Part shown: positions 30,601 to 44,170 of the stretch, piece by piece
How positions within the stretch are numbered: the first letter of the stretch is position 1
How the letters are laid out: each line of letters starts with the position of its first letter
Assembly: GCA_002633005.1 (NCBI GenBank)
Contig: NMRA01000573.1
Coordinates: forward strand, 186,001-250,000
DNA: 64,000 nucleotides
Source: Phoronis australis
Taxonomy: Eukaryota > Animalia > Phoronida
Direction: 5' to 3'
Translations under genes and position numbers: made by a program
The notes under the pieces: model-generated
Database searches by the model: none
Told to the model about the DNA's origin: nothing
Seen by the model: only the letters and a program-made list of their open reading frames with translations

Positions 30601-33600
30601 ACTTCTGCCATTCATGTCTTTATCTACCAGGGCATGACTGATGAAAGAACATAATTATTCATCTGTTATTTGCACAAAAATACTTTCCCTTGATGTACTA
30701 CTTTGCTTGGAAGGGTCGACCAACTTCAGGCAATTTGATAAGGTTTGCAGTGGTTATTGCCAGAGTGATGTGCTTCAAATCATTTTCTGTCATGGCACCA
30801 TAGGGAAAGTTTCAGACTTACATATACATATACATATAGCTTATTTTGTTAAGTAAACACATGTAATCTGGGGCTGGAGTTTGGACTCGAAATGAAATTC
30901 ATAATTATTTTTATCATTTTCCATTCTCCCTACTTCAACTTGAACTCAAATCAAGTCTCTATTGTGCATGAGAGTATGTTATGATTTTCACAGAATGAGT
31001 GTTTAGTTCTTAATGACCCCAAGATTTGACCTACGAACTGGAGTTCAATTTCAAGATTTCAAGTAAAAACTCAAAATTTCGAGTTCAAACCCAAACTCAT
31101 AGATTCAGATGAGGTTATCAAGTGCAAAAACAATTTCACATTTATCCACGTAAATTGTACTAGACTCGAGTGCAAAATAATAGCTAGTGAACTTGAATTT
31201 GTATTCATTGAAATAGAAATTAGAAAATGTCGAAAATAATTTTGAGATTTTGAACAAAAATATTGTACCCTGGGCCTAGCTTTATTTATAATTTGCATTT
31301 TGGGTAATGAGTGTGAAGAATTCTCAAACAACGTTTAACCTTTTGAACCTTGAAATCATGAGGTCACGAGGTATGACCAACCAGTGGTGAAGTCACGGAT
31401 AATCACTGGTTTGATTACAGTATTGCAGAATGAGTTGGTACAGTCCCACCAAGAGGTGCAACACTTGCTGGACAAGTTGGCTCAAATGAACAGAGACAGG
31501 TATGGTCCAGGTGACATCAGTGACCAGTGGTCATCTGGGTAGTGAATTCCTTAGTCCTCCTAAGGGACCAGTCTTTATTGTTTTCACAGAAACTGCAGAT
31601 CTTTTTTCTTGATCACCCATTTTTTATAAACATTTACTGAAAATGTCATAGGTCTTAGAGTTTATTGCGTCCTCATCCTGTAGAGGCTGTTGTTGCCGGG
31701 GCAAACTTCAGTAGCCATTACATTGCTATGTGGAAGTGTCCCATTGTGAACTTTGCCCTATTTCTCATCACTGGCTCCATAATACATTGCTATGTGGAAG
31801 TGTCCCATTGTGAACTTTGCCCTATTTCTCATCACTGGCTCCATTATACATTGCTATGTGGAAGTCTCCCATTGTGAACTTTGCCCTATTTCTCATCACT
31901 GGCTCCATAATACAAAGCCTGTAATCTACGTGAGCAGTGACTCTGCACTTCTCAGGTGGTTCCCCTATAAACCATTTCCATTGGTTCCTTCCTGTACCTT
32001 CAGTTGTTGGAGCATTACTCGTGTTCCTATACTAGAAATGAAATGATATCTAGTACTATATACCCTTATTAATTGTGAGCTAGGAGTAAGGTGATATCTA
32101 GTTCTGTACAAGAGGAACTGATGAAGATATCTGATATCACAGCCTTACTTCTTAATCCTGAACTAGGAGTAAGAAAACGTTCCGTGCACCACAATCTGGT
32201 GTAGATGACTACCCTGTTCCAAAAATATATTTCTTATTCCTGTTCTGGCAGTGAAATGATATCTGCTTCAATCTTACCAATTAAGAACTGGACGGTGAAG
32301 ATATCTGATGCCACAACCTTACTTCTTAATCATGAACTGGGAGTAAGGTGATGTCTAGTTCTGTACACCTTGAACTAATGACGATATGTGATATCACTGC
32401 CTTACCTCATGTTCTTGTAGTAGGTGTAAGATAGATTTCTGTGCACCACGATCTGGTGAAGATGACTGTCCAGTTCCAAAGCCATGTTTCTTCCTGTTCC
32501 AGGAGTGAAATGATATCTAGTTCTGTGCACCATGAATTAATGAAGATATCTGATGACAGAGCCAGGGAAGCAGAGTTAAAAGTGTTACAACTGGAGCACG
32601 AGGTAAGAGGGGCCCCTGTGTCTGCTTCATCCACGTAAGCTGTCAATGAGGAATTTTAATATCTTCTTTCTCTTTTTTTTCCATTATTTTAGACTCATGG
32701 TGCGCCTCATAGTCTGCAAAACATTAGTTTGCATATAGGGCGAAAAAATCTTACCATATGAAACGGAAGTTGTGAAGTCAGTCCCAAAATTCAACATCCC
32801 AACCTCACCTAACAATCGCTACTGTGGCGGCCATTTTGCTTGGGTTGGCTAGTACTTCCTGATTCGTACTCGCGAAACACTCATCTATTAATTACCTAAT
32901 TTTGTCAGATCTTGCTTTTCTTGTTGGAAGCTAGTTCTACAGAACACTGCATGGAGTCCCATTAAGCTGGTACCTAAGCGTATTAAACACATACTGCACA
33001 AAGTGATGCCCATACCAGGCACAAACTACTAGTTTGACTATTATATTGAGACCCTGGGTTAGTCTTGCTTTATTTTGCTTAAAAGTTTGTCAGAAAAATA
33101 ATCCAAGTTTTGGAGCAATCTAGGTTAACACATCCATTGTGGTGATGGTGATTGTTGATATTTTTGGTGCTTTAAACTTTCTCAAACTGGTTTTCTTAAT
33201 TTTGAAAGTGCAGATTTTTTAGCTCTTAAGCATGCAATTTCACTTTGAAATTGAGCTTGCAAACTTGTTTTATTTAAACAGTATTACAACAGATGTCCTG
33301 ATGAATTTGTATGTTATGCAATATTACACTTTCCATCGTATCGTTCTATTTTACTTATCTTTCTATTTACTTGGTTGTAGATCAGGACGTTAAAAAGCCT
33401 TTCCCATGTTGTTCCGCCCTTGTATGCACCCACGGACAGCCATGTGACTACCACTGTTCCAGTGCCAGGGTCGTTAACCCACCGTGTAGCTCCACCTATA
33501 TCTGTGCCAAGAGACAGTCATATGACCACCACAGCTGTAGCTGTACCAGGGTCATTCATTTTTAAGGACCACCAGTCCACTTATGGACGAGTTAAACATT

Positions 33601-36600
33601 CCAGTGTAACGTCAGGGGTAGGTATTATTTGTTTTAGTTGTTATGATATCAGTGGATTGTCAGAATCTAATGTTAATGTTTTGTGGACAGCTGAATATGT
33701 CAGTACTCAGTTAATGACAGCAGGTTGCTTGGTTGTGAGCTCATTTTGATAGAATGTTCAGACAAGGCTCATACTGGGCAAAACAGGGCCATTTGAGAAG
33801 ATTAGGAGAAGCGAATGTTATGGATAGTTTAGAGCTAAATTATATGAAGAATATTGGAAATAAATATTGATTAAGTTAATGTATTAATACTATATGATCA
33901 TCAACTGTAGTAGCACCACACCGTACTGTTAACCATTAGTGTTGGATGGCATTGATACTCTGTGTTGATCTGTTTAGAAGTGTTCGCTGTTTCTTTACTT
34001 AGAAGCAGACTTCCCCCGGTTTGCCACTCTTGCCAGACTTGGATCACATCAAATCACCATCTGAGGGTGTGTCAAAAGGTCTGCAGTCTACTTGTAAACC
34101 ACTATTTGGTGAGTAGAATTGATCTGTGTATCTGTGGAGATGGAAGACATTAAAAACTGTAACAAGTTAGACAAGAAAATTCAAACTATAACTCAGAGTT
34201 CAAGGGCAGGATGCCTATTACTAAGGATGATTGGATTTCTATGTTCAACTGGTGGTCCCGATGGCTCAGTGGACTAGAGCGTCTGCATGGTTAGCAGAAG
34301 GTTTGTGCCCCTGCCAGTGGAAAATTTTTTAAAACTGAATCAGTTGTTCATTATGTCACATGATGTGGCCAATAGGTGACGTGCAGTTATGTTAATGATC
34401 TGTAATTGATAATATTGCCGTGGACTTAGTCAATGATATCCCCTCAACATGTAAAATTAGAATTTCCAACTTGCGGTATCATTAAAAATTCCTCTGCACA
34501 GATTGTTTTGGCAATTTGACTCTTACGATATTTTTAAGTGTCTTTTTAAATCACTACACCTGAATGCAGCAGTTGGTTATAACAATATAACCTTACCTGG
34601 GGTTTTTAGAAGGGCTTGGAATTTTTTTCTTTAAAGAGGATTTCCTCTTTTTTGGTTTCGATTTCCAGCTTCCTATTTTGCATCTCTTTTTTATCATTAT
34701 TTTGACTTAATTCATGCAAAAGTGTTATTTCAGTTAAATTTTAAAACACAAAAGAAATATTTCTATCACACAAGCTTATTTATTTGTGGAGCCCTCTTTT
34801 TTATGATTGGTCATTCCAAGCCCTGTTTTAGTTATTTTACACAGATGTTAGAATGCCGTGCAGTTACCCATGGATAAAAATATAAAATAGTAAAACTAGT
34901 AAAACTAAAACGACTAGCATTGGTACTAAAATATATTACAATTTCCCCCATGTTTCAAGCGACATTTTAGTCCTGACGCTCATTGTTTTAGTTTTACTAG
35001 TTTTACTAGTTTATGTTTTACACAGAATATTTAAATTCATGCACATGAATTGGTCCTGAATCGGTGTATTTTGTGTTTCAGTGACCAATGACAGTGATGA
35101 GAATGGTTGGAGTTCCGATGACAATGAGGGAGAGAGTCACCATTCTGTGTCGAGCATCGCGAGACAGTGGGAGAAGATGGCCGGCCACCCAAGCGACCAG
35201 GAACACCGTGTTCACTTTAACTTGCCAGCGTCAGTTAAAAGGTACAGCCTTACAGCTACATTGTTGTGAAACTCGAGGTGAAAACAGTGTGCAGTGGCCT
35301 TTGAAGAGTGCCACTTTGTCTTTTCAAAGTGGTTTTAGTTTGTGGCTGTGCAAGATCGGTTTTCATTTCGTCCTAACGTCCTTTGAACTTGACAAACCGA
35401 CAAACAGGTTGGGTAAATGTGACTTTGTGAACACAGCTGGTATGAACCACTTGCAGGAACTGATAAAGCTAGAGTCTGGTGTCGGCTTAGTATTTGAGGT
35501 ACATTTTTGGGTTTTGTAATATTTATTCCTAATTATCTAAATTTTAACTGCATCAAACCAAGCATCACAGCATTTCAGTGGTCAAAATTGCCCTGATGTT
35601 GTAGTCCAAGTCGAATGGTGGTAATCGGGGTTATAATTACATGGAGAAGGTCACTGCAGTAATGAAAATGTGCAACTTTCAAGAAAAATCTGGGGTTGAA
35701 CAACAATGAAATCATGTAATATTTCAAAGTATATTACTCAAGCATAGTAACGGAGGGATAATACCTTGTATTCCTGGTAAGAACTGGAGGACATTCGGAA
35801 GTGATGCAATATTTGTGTGTGTCCAATGGGTGTGTCTGTATAGTGAACTACGTGCCAACCACAGTAAAGTGTGCATGTGTAGTAATGATGCTGGATAACA
35901 GTTGCAGCACAACTTGTTAGCTCAAGGATAAGCGAGCTATTACAAATGACACATTGTGTTGTGTTGGTGTAGGTTCTCATTTTCTAATAGGGCCGTACCG
36001 GATTACACGCCGCAGTAGAATTCTCCGTTGTCCCGGAGTTAAGAAAGCATGCGACTTCGTTTTGGAAGTCTGGCACGTTTTTGTGTCTCTCATTGATGTC
36101 GGTAAGGCGAAGAATTACACATCCCGCATCCTCTGGCATTAGTCCAGTTTATCAAACTTTCTCATGTCAGAGTTGCAGCCCACAGTACAGCTGCAGTAAT
36201 ACTTTGTTGGCATTGGAAGGAGGAGTGTAGAGTAATACAACCGAGAAAAACTTAAGAAGGATCAAGACAACAACAAATAACATGCCAACTCCAATGGCAT
36301 GAAAACGAAGTTCACTGCAGCAAATGTGCTTGATGGATGGTTACGGCATTGTGGGTAAATACAGCGAAATTCGAATGTTGGTGTATAATTCAGGACGGCT
36401 CTGTTGATGTACAATGCTGCAATTGCTTTTGGATTATTGACTTAAATTTTGATTTGGATCACTTAATGGTCAGGTATATAGTGTTTGTCAAATTGTGTCA
36501 TTTCGTTATTGCCTTTTTGGCAGAAGATGGGTTCATGCCAGCTCCCAAAAATGTGTGACCTCATTATGGACAGTATACAACGCGTCAATTGCTTGTTTGG

Positions 36601-37017
36601 GCTCCACCTATTGGTCTGTTTTGGTGTCTGTCCGACTGGTAATGTTGATGACAGTGCATTTAAGTTGTCTCATTGTTTTCACTCGCAGTGCAAAGCCACC
36701 AGTTCCAAGCAAGCCCAAAACATTGCCAAAACCTATAGTGCCAATATATGGTGTCGGTGTACAGGAGAAGAGTGTGTCCTTCGATCAGGTACACATTAAG
36801 TGTTTCATTAATTTTTCTGTGCTCATGTTTGATGTAAAGAATAAGCAAGAGTTAGTGGTTGGTTTGTGACATGTAAAGTTTTGTATTTCCATTTATTTTT
36901 GACTTTTTCACTTTTAATTATTCACAGGTTCCTATGAGAGGGAATCTCAAGCTTGTGACTAGACTTCGAGGGCCTGCCGGTCGAAGACTTCCCACCAGAA
37001 TCAACCAGGCTACATAG
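27680..37017 (+). CDS. Uncharacterised coiled-coil protein, about 720 aa, 11 coding exons
   Basis: GT-AG exons that join with consistent phase and no stops: 27680-28762, 29695-29784, 30087-30133, 30524-30594, 31421-31499, 32503-32602, 33381-33617, 34003-34108, 35082-35241, 36689-36788, 36928-37017 (TAG). An in-frame TGA lies upstream of the ATG within the first exon (acceptor 27651-52). Long heptad-rich segment (LEQLSSIVEQES...LQNELVQSHQEVQHLLDKL...AELKVLQLEHEIRTLK) followed by a Pro/Ser-rich tail. Confidence 0.8.
28070..28219 (+). repeat. Coding 30-bp tandem repeat x5 (xVxQ[DN]VS/LPxx)
   Basis: DVSQNVSPSN GVLQDVSPPG CVLQDVSLPD GVSQDVLPLG CVSQDVSPLG. Confidence 0.85.
31719..31913. repeat. 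Intronic 64-bp tandem repeat x3
   Basis: tacattgctatgtggaagtgtcccattgtgaactttgccctatttctcatcactggctcca.. starting at 31719, 31783 and 31847. Confidence 0.9.
32030..32502 (+). repeat. Degenerate approximately 80-bp tandem array derived from the acceptor and 5' part of exon 32503-32602
   Basis: Recurring (ag)gagt(g/a)a..tgatatctagttctgt.ca...gaa.t.atgaagatatctgat at about 32035, 32082, 32164, 32248, 32339 and 32421. Confidence 0.65.
34254..34385 (+). mobile_element. tRNA-derived SINE-like fragment
   Basis: ggtcccgatggctcagtggactagagcgtctg... has an A-box-like 5' end; the B-box is degraded. Confidence 0.35.
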
Positions 37018-39621
37018 TCACAAGTTGTAAAAGAGTTGTGTGGTGATTTTTGGATATTTTAACAAGATAATGTTATTACTTGAAATGACTGAAGATGCTA
37101 AATATTTTCTTTTATTTAAAACAAAGATTGCAAACCTGCCTTTTCTCCACTTTTTAAAAGTTTACTATACTGCAGTATATTTAATAGCCAAGTGTGACCT
37201 TTATGGCCATGAGTGCTGCTGGTGCAATCCTTAGCGATCATGAAGTAATTGTTTCTATTTTAAGGTATATTGAGCACTGTGTACTAGGTAATGTGGCTGT
37301 TACCTTGGTACATTCTAGAGCTTTCTACCTTCCTAAAGCCTTTCTAAACTAATGTCCAAGAAGCGAAGTTTCATTTTAAACGACTTTCAGAATCACATAT
37401 TATATTTGAAAAATTGGTCTCGATCTGGTCCTTACTCAGCTGAGAAGTGATTTCTCAATTTGCAAGGAGTTGACAGTTCATTATACCCTGAAACCATGCT
37501 TGGCCCATAAAATGATGCGACGTGACAAGTCAGATTGTAGAGCCTGGTTTGTTAGTACTTTGGAAGACCAGAAATGGCTTTCAGTTTGACAAAAGAACAG
37601 TAACATTGAAGACCAATCTTATAAGCAGTATGTGGTGTTTCTTAAGGAATGTATGGGTTTATAACCGTTTTTGTTATTAAGAATGTTGTGCAAAGGTTTC
37701 TTCCAGGAAATAAGAAAAATCACAAGTTAAAATTATTGTTATTCCTTAAAGTGGAACTTGCTCGATAATTTTTTAACTAATGATTGCTTGGTCAAATTAG
37801 TTTAACTTAAAAACATTATGAAGTGTGTTGAAAATTGCAAAATGTTTTTAAGAACGCATTTTGTGTCGAAAATGATTTGCCATGAATCACTCGACTATGT
37901 CCAGTAAGTATCGTGACATGGTGTTGGGGAATAACACTGCATGATGCTGGCTATGCGAGCCCCCAAGGTGTGTTATTAGTGCACAGGTCACCTATTTGCA
38001 ATGAATACAACCTGCACTTTGTTTAGCATACTATAGCTAATGTTCAAATAGCATTGTTTAGTTCTTGCTGTACATAAGCATAGTCAGGAGCAAGCAAATA
38101 TATCTTTCATGCTATAGCAAAATTAGCAGCAAGAGTCGCTCAAATTCATTGACTTCTATTCATTGCCCCTGAGTTATCTCAAGCAGTACATCTGAAAGGT
38201 AAATTATCTTGTTATGGTCATGTCGTGCAGTGAGAGTGCAATAACAATAATTATGCAGTTAACGATACCGTACCTACATTTATTCATGCCAACATTGTTC
38301 ATGGACAGCATATTCTCAACATTCAACATTTGTCAAATTTTCTATAAACAAAGGAGAAATGTATCTATCTGTTTCACATTCTGAATTGGATCTTGTTGAT
38401 CCACAATTGCTTCATTTCTGTGGAAAGTGCAAGTTGGATATTCACAATTTCTTTAACTTTATAATTTTGAAATTATAATTCATCAGTCTGCCACTAGATG
38501 GTGCGCATTACAATTTACATTCATCAAGTAAACAGTTCTTTCTGTTACAAAATTTGTTCACCTTCATCTCTGTGTCTCCACAGAGTTACAAAATACAAAA
38601 CACAAAACTATTTACAAATTGAACCCATTTCAGAAATACTGCTGCAAGTGAAATCATAGGTTTCTGGAAATAAAAATTATTTAAATCACTTGGATAATAA
38701 AACTACAGCTCCACAATTGGCCTTATGAATAAAGAAAATTAAGTTAAAGAATGACCTTCAATTATGAAGACATACATAATATATACTACTTTGAATAGCT
38801 GTAAAATCTATCAACTGTTCTAATATCTTGTGTATTGTTCTTTAATTAGTGCACCAGATATAAAATATTTGTCATTTGTACCCGGCGTGAAAATACAAAA
38901 ATAGAGTCAAATAGGCTAAGTACACACATTCAAGTGCTGTCTTGAATAGTCACTCACCACACAGACCATGATAACAATTGTCCTTTCAACTACGATTGCA
39001 AACTACTAACAACTGACAGCAACTGTTCAAGTTAAAAGGATGCTAAACCCTGTTTTGGCTTGTTAATAGATATTAAGTACTTTCCCATTCCGTTCTCTGA
39101 AGCAAAATAATGCACTGATACCCTCCACAACGATCAAAAGTTTAGAGCAAAGTTTGAAAATCTGCAAGCGTTACCTACGCTTTAAACGAGTAACACAACT
39201 GAAGGGAAAGACCACCCACCAAGAATCTTAATACCCATTCTGTGGCACAGAATAAGAGTTTTCAGTGAATCCTGCTTTTTTACTCAAACGGGACCCCAGT
39301 GATGCATTATCAGCTGACAGAACCAGCGTTGTTTGAAATTGTCAAAATTGGATTTAGTATCCATGGAACTTGTGCTAATTCCTTGTCTCTGTGATTACTT
39401 GGTCAAATTTGTTAGATACACAATGTATATGAAGTACATTCACTTGAAAAATGCCAAATGTTTTTAAGAACGAGCTGTGTTAAAAACGATCTGCCGTAAA
39501 TCACTCAGCGGTGCCCCGTAAGTATTGTGACATGGTGTATGGGATTAACATAGCAAGATGCGGGCTATGTGAATGCAAAGGTCACCTATTTGCAGATTTT
39601 TTTGTTTAACACAACTGCACT

Positions 39622-39792
39622 TTGTTTACCGTAGACGATGTTCAAATAGCATTGTTGTTTACCGTAGACGATGTTCAAATAGCATTGTTGTTTACCGTAG
39701 ACGATGTTCAAATAGCATTGTTGTTTACCGTAGACGATGTTCAAATAGCATTGTTGTTTACCGTAGACGATGTTCAAATAGCATTGTTGTTT
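39622..39792. repeat. 33-bp minisatellite x5
   Basis: Unit ttgtttaccgtagacgatgttcaaatagcattg repeated identically with no spacers. Confidence 0.95.
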
Positions 39793-41219
39793 AGTTCCCG
39801 ATATGCATTAGTGTAATTAGGAGCATGCAAATACATTTTTAAACCACAATAAAAAAGACGGTATGAGCAAACATGTACATCCATCGTTTACATTTTAAAT
39901 CGCATGCACACTATTCAAGACAACCTTCCACCTTACAGGATTTAGTTCTTCATTGACAAAAAAGCCAAGCAACGTTTTGTAAAATCCAATCCCAGTGCTA
40001 CCTTTTTATTGGCATAGATCACATTTGGGGGCTTTAATATGAGTAGCAAGCACATCTAAAGTTTCCATTTAAAATCACATGAACTCTTCAAGACAACCTT
40101 ACGCCTCATGGAATTGGTACTTCATTAGCAAATATCCTAGCAACATTTCACAAAATCCAATTGCAGTACTACATTTAAAAACTTTGTTAGCATAGATTAC
40201 TTTAGGGTCTTTTTATAAGAGGAGCAAGCATTCCTAATTTTACAAAAACAACTGTGAACAGGACACATGTAACTGTAACTAAGTTTGTCACATGATTAAT
40301 GAAATTGTGTACTACATTTGGCAACAAAAATTATTGCTGAAAAAATACAACTTTTTGCACTGTTGTAATTAATACACAATATTACTCAAGTTGTACAACT
40401 ACAAGACACTGAATTATGTCTCCATGTTAATCCATCACAAGTCAAATATTCACAAAGGCACTTCCAATTTGACTGCTTTAATTACTACACACCATCAATG
40501 AGAATAGCATGTCCTCCAGTTGACTGCTTCAGGCGTGTTGAAGGGAAAATGATAAAATTCATGACTTACATGCAGGATAAAGAATTACAAATACGAGACT
40601 TGGAGCACATACCAGAGGATGGAGATTCATGAACAGTTGGTCGTTCCAGTTGTGAAGTGCCACATACCTTCGATTATTAGTTAATTTTGATGACTGTAAA
40701 AATACTATTCCTGCTTATTAGCGAGCCCACTAGATCTTGCATGCCAGAGGACTTCTACAATGTAACCGCAGCAAACTACATAGCATGCAATTGTCATTAT
40801 TTTCACTGAGGCACCATCTGCACTATTACGAAGTTTATGTAGCTTTTCTTCCTTCAATAGGATGGTTCTGGATTACAAAGAGACACTTGAATCTCACGGC
40901 ACTTACCCACAGTGCTGCGACAGTTGTCAAGCAGTTCTCGAGCCTCGTTTTAGTACCGTCGGACTTTCTCATGATGCCTTGCTTTTTTCAAGTTCGTTAT
41001 TCATAAGGTAGTACACACATTGTATGGATAGATGACAAAAAACACTAAGATGTCCGCAATGTCATCTGACTTGTTCTGCTACACAGAAGGCCGGAATTGC
41101 TAAGAGTTTAATTATGTATGACACATCTGCAATGTCAGTTTATTGTCCACGTCAACCAGACTCGTTCCATTATGCAGAAGGATGACATGACAAAGAATCT
41201 CTCAATTATTTGTGACAGG

Positions 41220-41318
41220 TCAGTACTGAGAGTTCGTTGCCCTCGTCAGCTTGACTGGTTCTAACATGTGGAAGGATGACAATGGGACCTCTTCATTCGA
41301 CCCTGACTCTGAGGACAC
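41220..41318 (-). CDS. Candidate terminal exon of the ATP11-like gene (VSSESGSNEEVPLSSFHMLEPVKLTRATNSQY*)
   Basis: Acceptor cttttgtAG|GTG, phase 0 compatible with the donor after 54548, stop at 41220-22. No homology support by eye. Confidence 0.3.
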   Translation of the reverse strand: MSSESGSNEEVPLSSFHMLEPVKLTRATNSQY

Positions 41319-43683
41319 CTACAAAAGCCAAGTCATATAGTCACGTCTGGCAGATGAACACCTTATTTTGACTCGCAAGAAAGCATTTTATCAAACTTCA
41401 ACGAAGCTCAAGAAAGATTAATGAATTAATGGCTTTGAAACTACCTGCAACCTAAGCCAACTTCATTGTGGTGACACACTGAACACAAAGCTGGAGGCAA
41501 AGCCTGTATTAGTGAGGATACTCTAAGTTTTAGTATACACGTTAGTTACGTAAGCCAATAACGACACATATGTGGTATGTTCAGTGAGGGACTGCCAAAG
41601 ACCCGAGTTGTGAGAAGTACAACTGGACCCTGTCTACACATTGTGATTGTTGTGTGCAAATTTTACATGCCAAACGTGTGCCATCATCTTTGTCCGGCAT
41701 CTGTCCAGCTGGCATCTATCTGTTGTATCTCCCAAAGTTTTGGGAATGTGGGAAACTTGTTTCCAGGAGGGTGAATTAAGAGGGATCACGACAACTTTCC
41801 AACATATCTTTTGCTGTGCCACCTGCCACCTAGTGTCAATTTCAAGTTTGTGTGCTTGCCTCTATAACAAACTACTTTTTTGAGGATAGGGCACCCCTCC
41901 CTCCCCCCAGAAAAATGTAGACATGTCATTTCAGGGGCTAAGCGAACATTTTAGAATTATAGTTGTACCCCGTCTTACAACATGCTGGATCTGCCAGGGC
42001 ATCATTTTTGTTGTAAATGACTGACACCTAAGACTTTTATATATAATGACAAATCAGTCGGGGTAAACAGATGCTGGGACATGATTTTCGGGCTCAACAG
42101 GCGTTTACTACTTGTCACACCATATTTTGCTCTGTTCTACATTGGAGACTACAGCGCCATCACAACGTTCTCTTTGAAATCAAAACTGGAAATGATGTGA
42201 ACAAACATTACATAACATTCTGCACACAGGCAAACCATGACCGCAGATGGCATTCACAAATGCCAAAGCGTTACTGAAATAGCATCAACCATGTATTGTC
42301 AAAAAGAATCACGACCGTGTAGACAAGGTTCAGTGACCCCTGTTGAGAGCTATGGTTGTACCGTAGTACTCCAACAGTGGGTGTCAAAAGACAACGTTCT
42401 ACTAAGTGGTGAATGGAGGTGACACTATCACCAAGTGCTTTTGGTGATATTAAACTCTGACATCCACATCATCAATAACTGTCACTGTTTAGTTACAGCC
42501 TCTCCTGGTTTTACCTAGCATACTCATCCTGGTTAACACCCAAGGTATTTATTAAAAAACTAAAAAATCAGGGGTTGACCATTAAACCGAGATTGGGCAC
42601 ATGAAAGATAAATTCTTAAAAAGTTCAGGTTAACAACCACACAGTTGCACTTATGGAATCCATTTAGCAAACAAATTTCAATAAAGAATCACTATTACAC
42701 TGTGGGCAATGTAATCGAATTGCATGAAAACATATGGTGCTTTAATGTCCAGAGAGCATCAATTAACTGTGAGTGTATAATTGACAATCATTTAACGGTG
42801 GGAATTCAGAAAATTAGGGGATCAGCCTTAAGCTGAATATTGGATTTACCCAGGATGAATAAAACTATGTAATAAAGGTACTACACACTAGCCTAGGAAT
42901 CACAGTAACTGCCAGCATATTGAAGCAGGATAGACTAAGCACTAAGACAGGGTGCAGTTTGTTTTGTGCAGTTAGTTAACATATCGACATTCACTTGTGT
43001 GACTAGTGAAATGACTAGGTTCACTGGTGGAAGGTAATCCAAGTATTCAAATCTCGTGAGACCATTAACCCAAGAACAACTCAATGCTGACTAGCAACTC
43101 TAACTATATATTAATAAAGTGTAAAAATAGTTCCATAAAAATAGCCCACTTGAGCGGCCAATACATGTTTGGTGCAGCGTGTATCAGACTGCTGTACAGT
43201 GTTATTATTTTTCAGGACTCTACTATTTCAATAATTGAAAGGAGCGCCCCCTTGTGAATATCGAGAGTGATGCATAAGTGTCAAAGCCCACAAGCAACAG
43301 CAAACATGTGAATGAGATGCTACACCATTGGAAGCTGGCAAATCTAGGCCACAATTCTGGAAGGAAAATTGTCTGCACAGCCCCTAAAATGGCAAATAGA
43401 TAACATTTTTGAGTTGTGTCCACAGAGGGTAAAGCCCAGCCCAAGGTCCCCCCATAAATTTGCCAGTGTTGAATCGCATGAAATGTAACTAGAAGCAATT
43501 AACTTTTAGAAGGCTAATAATCCTCACTTATCTCACAGAGGTTTTCAGAGATTTCAACGTCTACTTGGATAACAAAGAGAGAAAGAGAGAGGGCCTTTTT
43601 ACTATTGATAATTAGATCAAAACTGATTTAGATCAGAACATTCACTTCAAAAACAAAGCGTTCAAACACAGGAACATAACATT

Positions 43684-44170
43684 TTGCACAAGCTTTGCAA
43701 AATGACCGATTGGATGAAAGAAAAACTGCGAAGAAGCAAACCCTTAATGCAATGTACTTCACCTTGTCATAAGTCTCGTTCCACCAGAACAAAGTAATTT
43801 TTCTGTTGGGAAATAAAATGGGCATCAATGCTAAAAATGTCCTTCTATATAATGTTATTACAAACACAAAGTAATTCTATTAGTACACCTTTGCGATAAA
43901 ATACAGACACGGGCATTTTTAATGAGTTGCACAAGCTTTGCAAAATGACCGATTGGATGAAAGAAAAACTGCGAAGAAGCAAACCCTTAATGCAATGTAC
44001 TTCACCTTGTCATAAGTCTCGTTCCATCAGAACAAAGTAATTTTTCTGTTGGGAAATAAAATGGGCATCAATGCTAAAAATGTCCTTCTATATAATGTTA
44101 TTAGAAACACAAAGTAATTCTATTAGTACACCTTTGCGATAAAATACAGACACGGGCATTTTTAATGAGT
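43684..44170. repeat. Near-identical tandem duplication of about 243 bp
   Basis: ttgcacaagctttgcaaaatgaccg... starts at 43684 and again at 43927. Confidence 0.95.

Noticed and set aside
35973-36102. Additional exon of the coiled-coil gene (AG at 35971-72 or 35989-90, GTAAG near 36102)
   Set aside because: In the phase required by the upstream exon it hits a TAG within 10-16 codons, and exon 36689 already joins in phase. It could be a minor alternative exon but is unsupported.
39622-39792. 33-bp repeats as a CRISPR array
   Set aside because: Units are head-to-tail with no unique spacers, there are no cas genes, and the context is eukaryotic.
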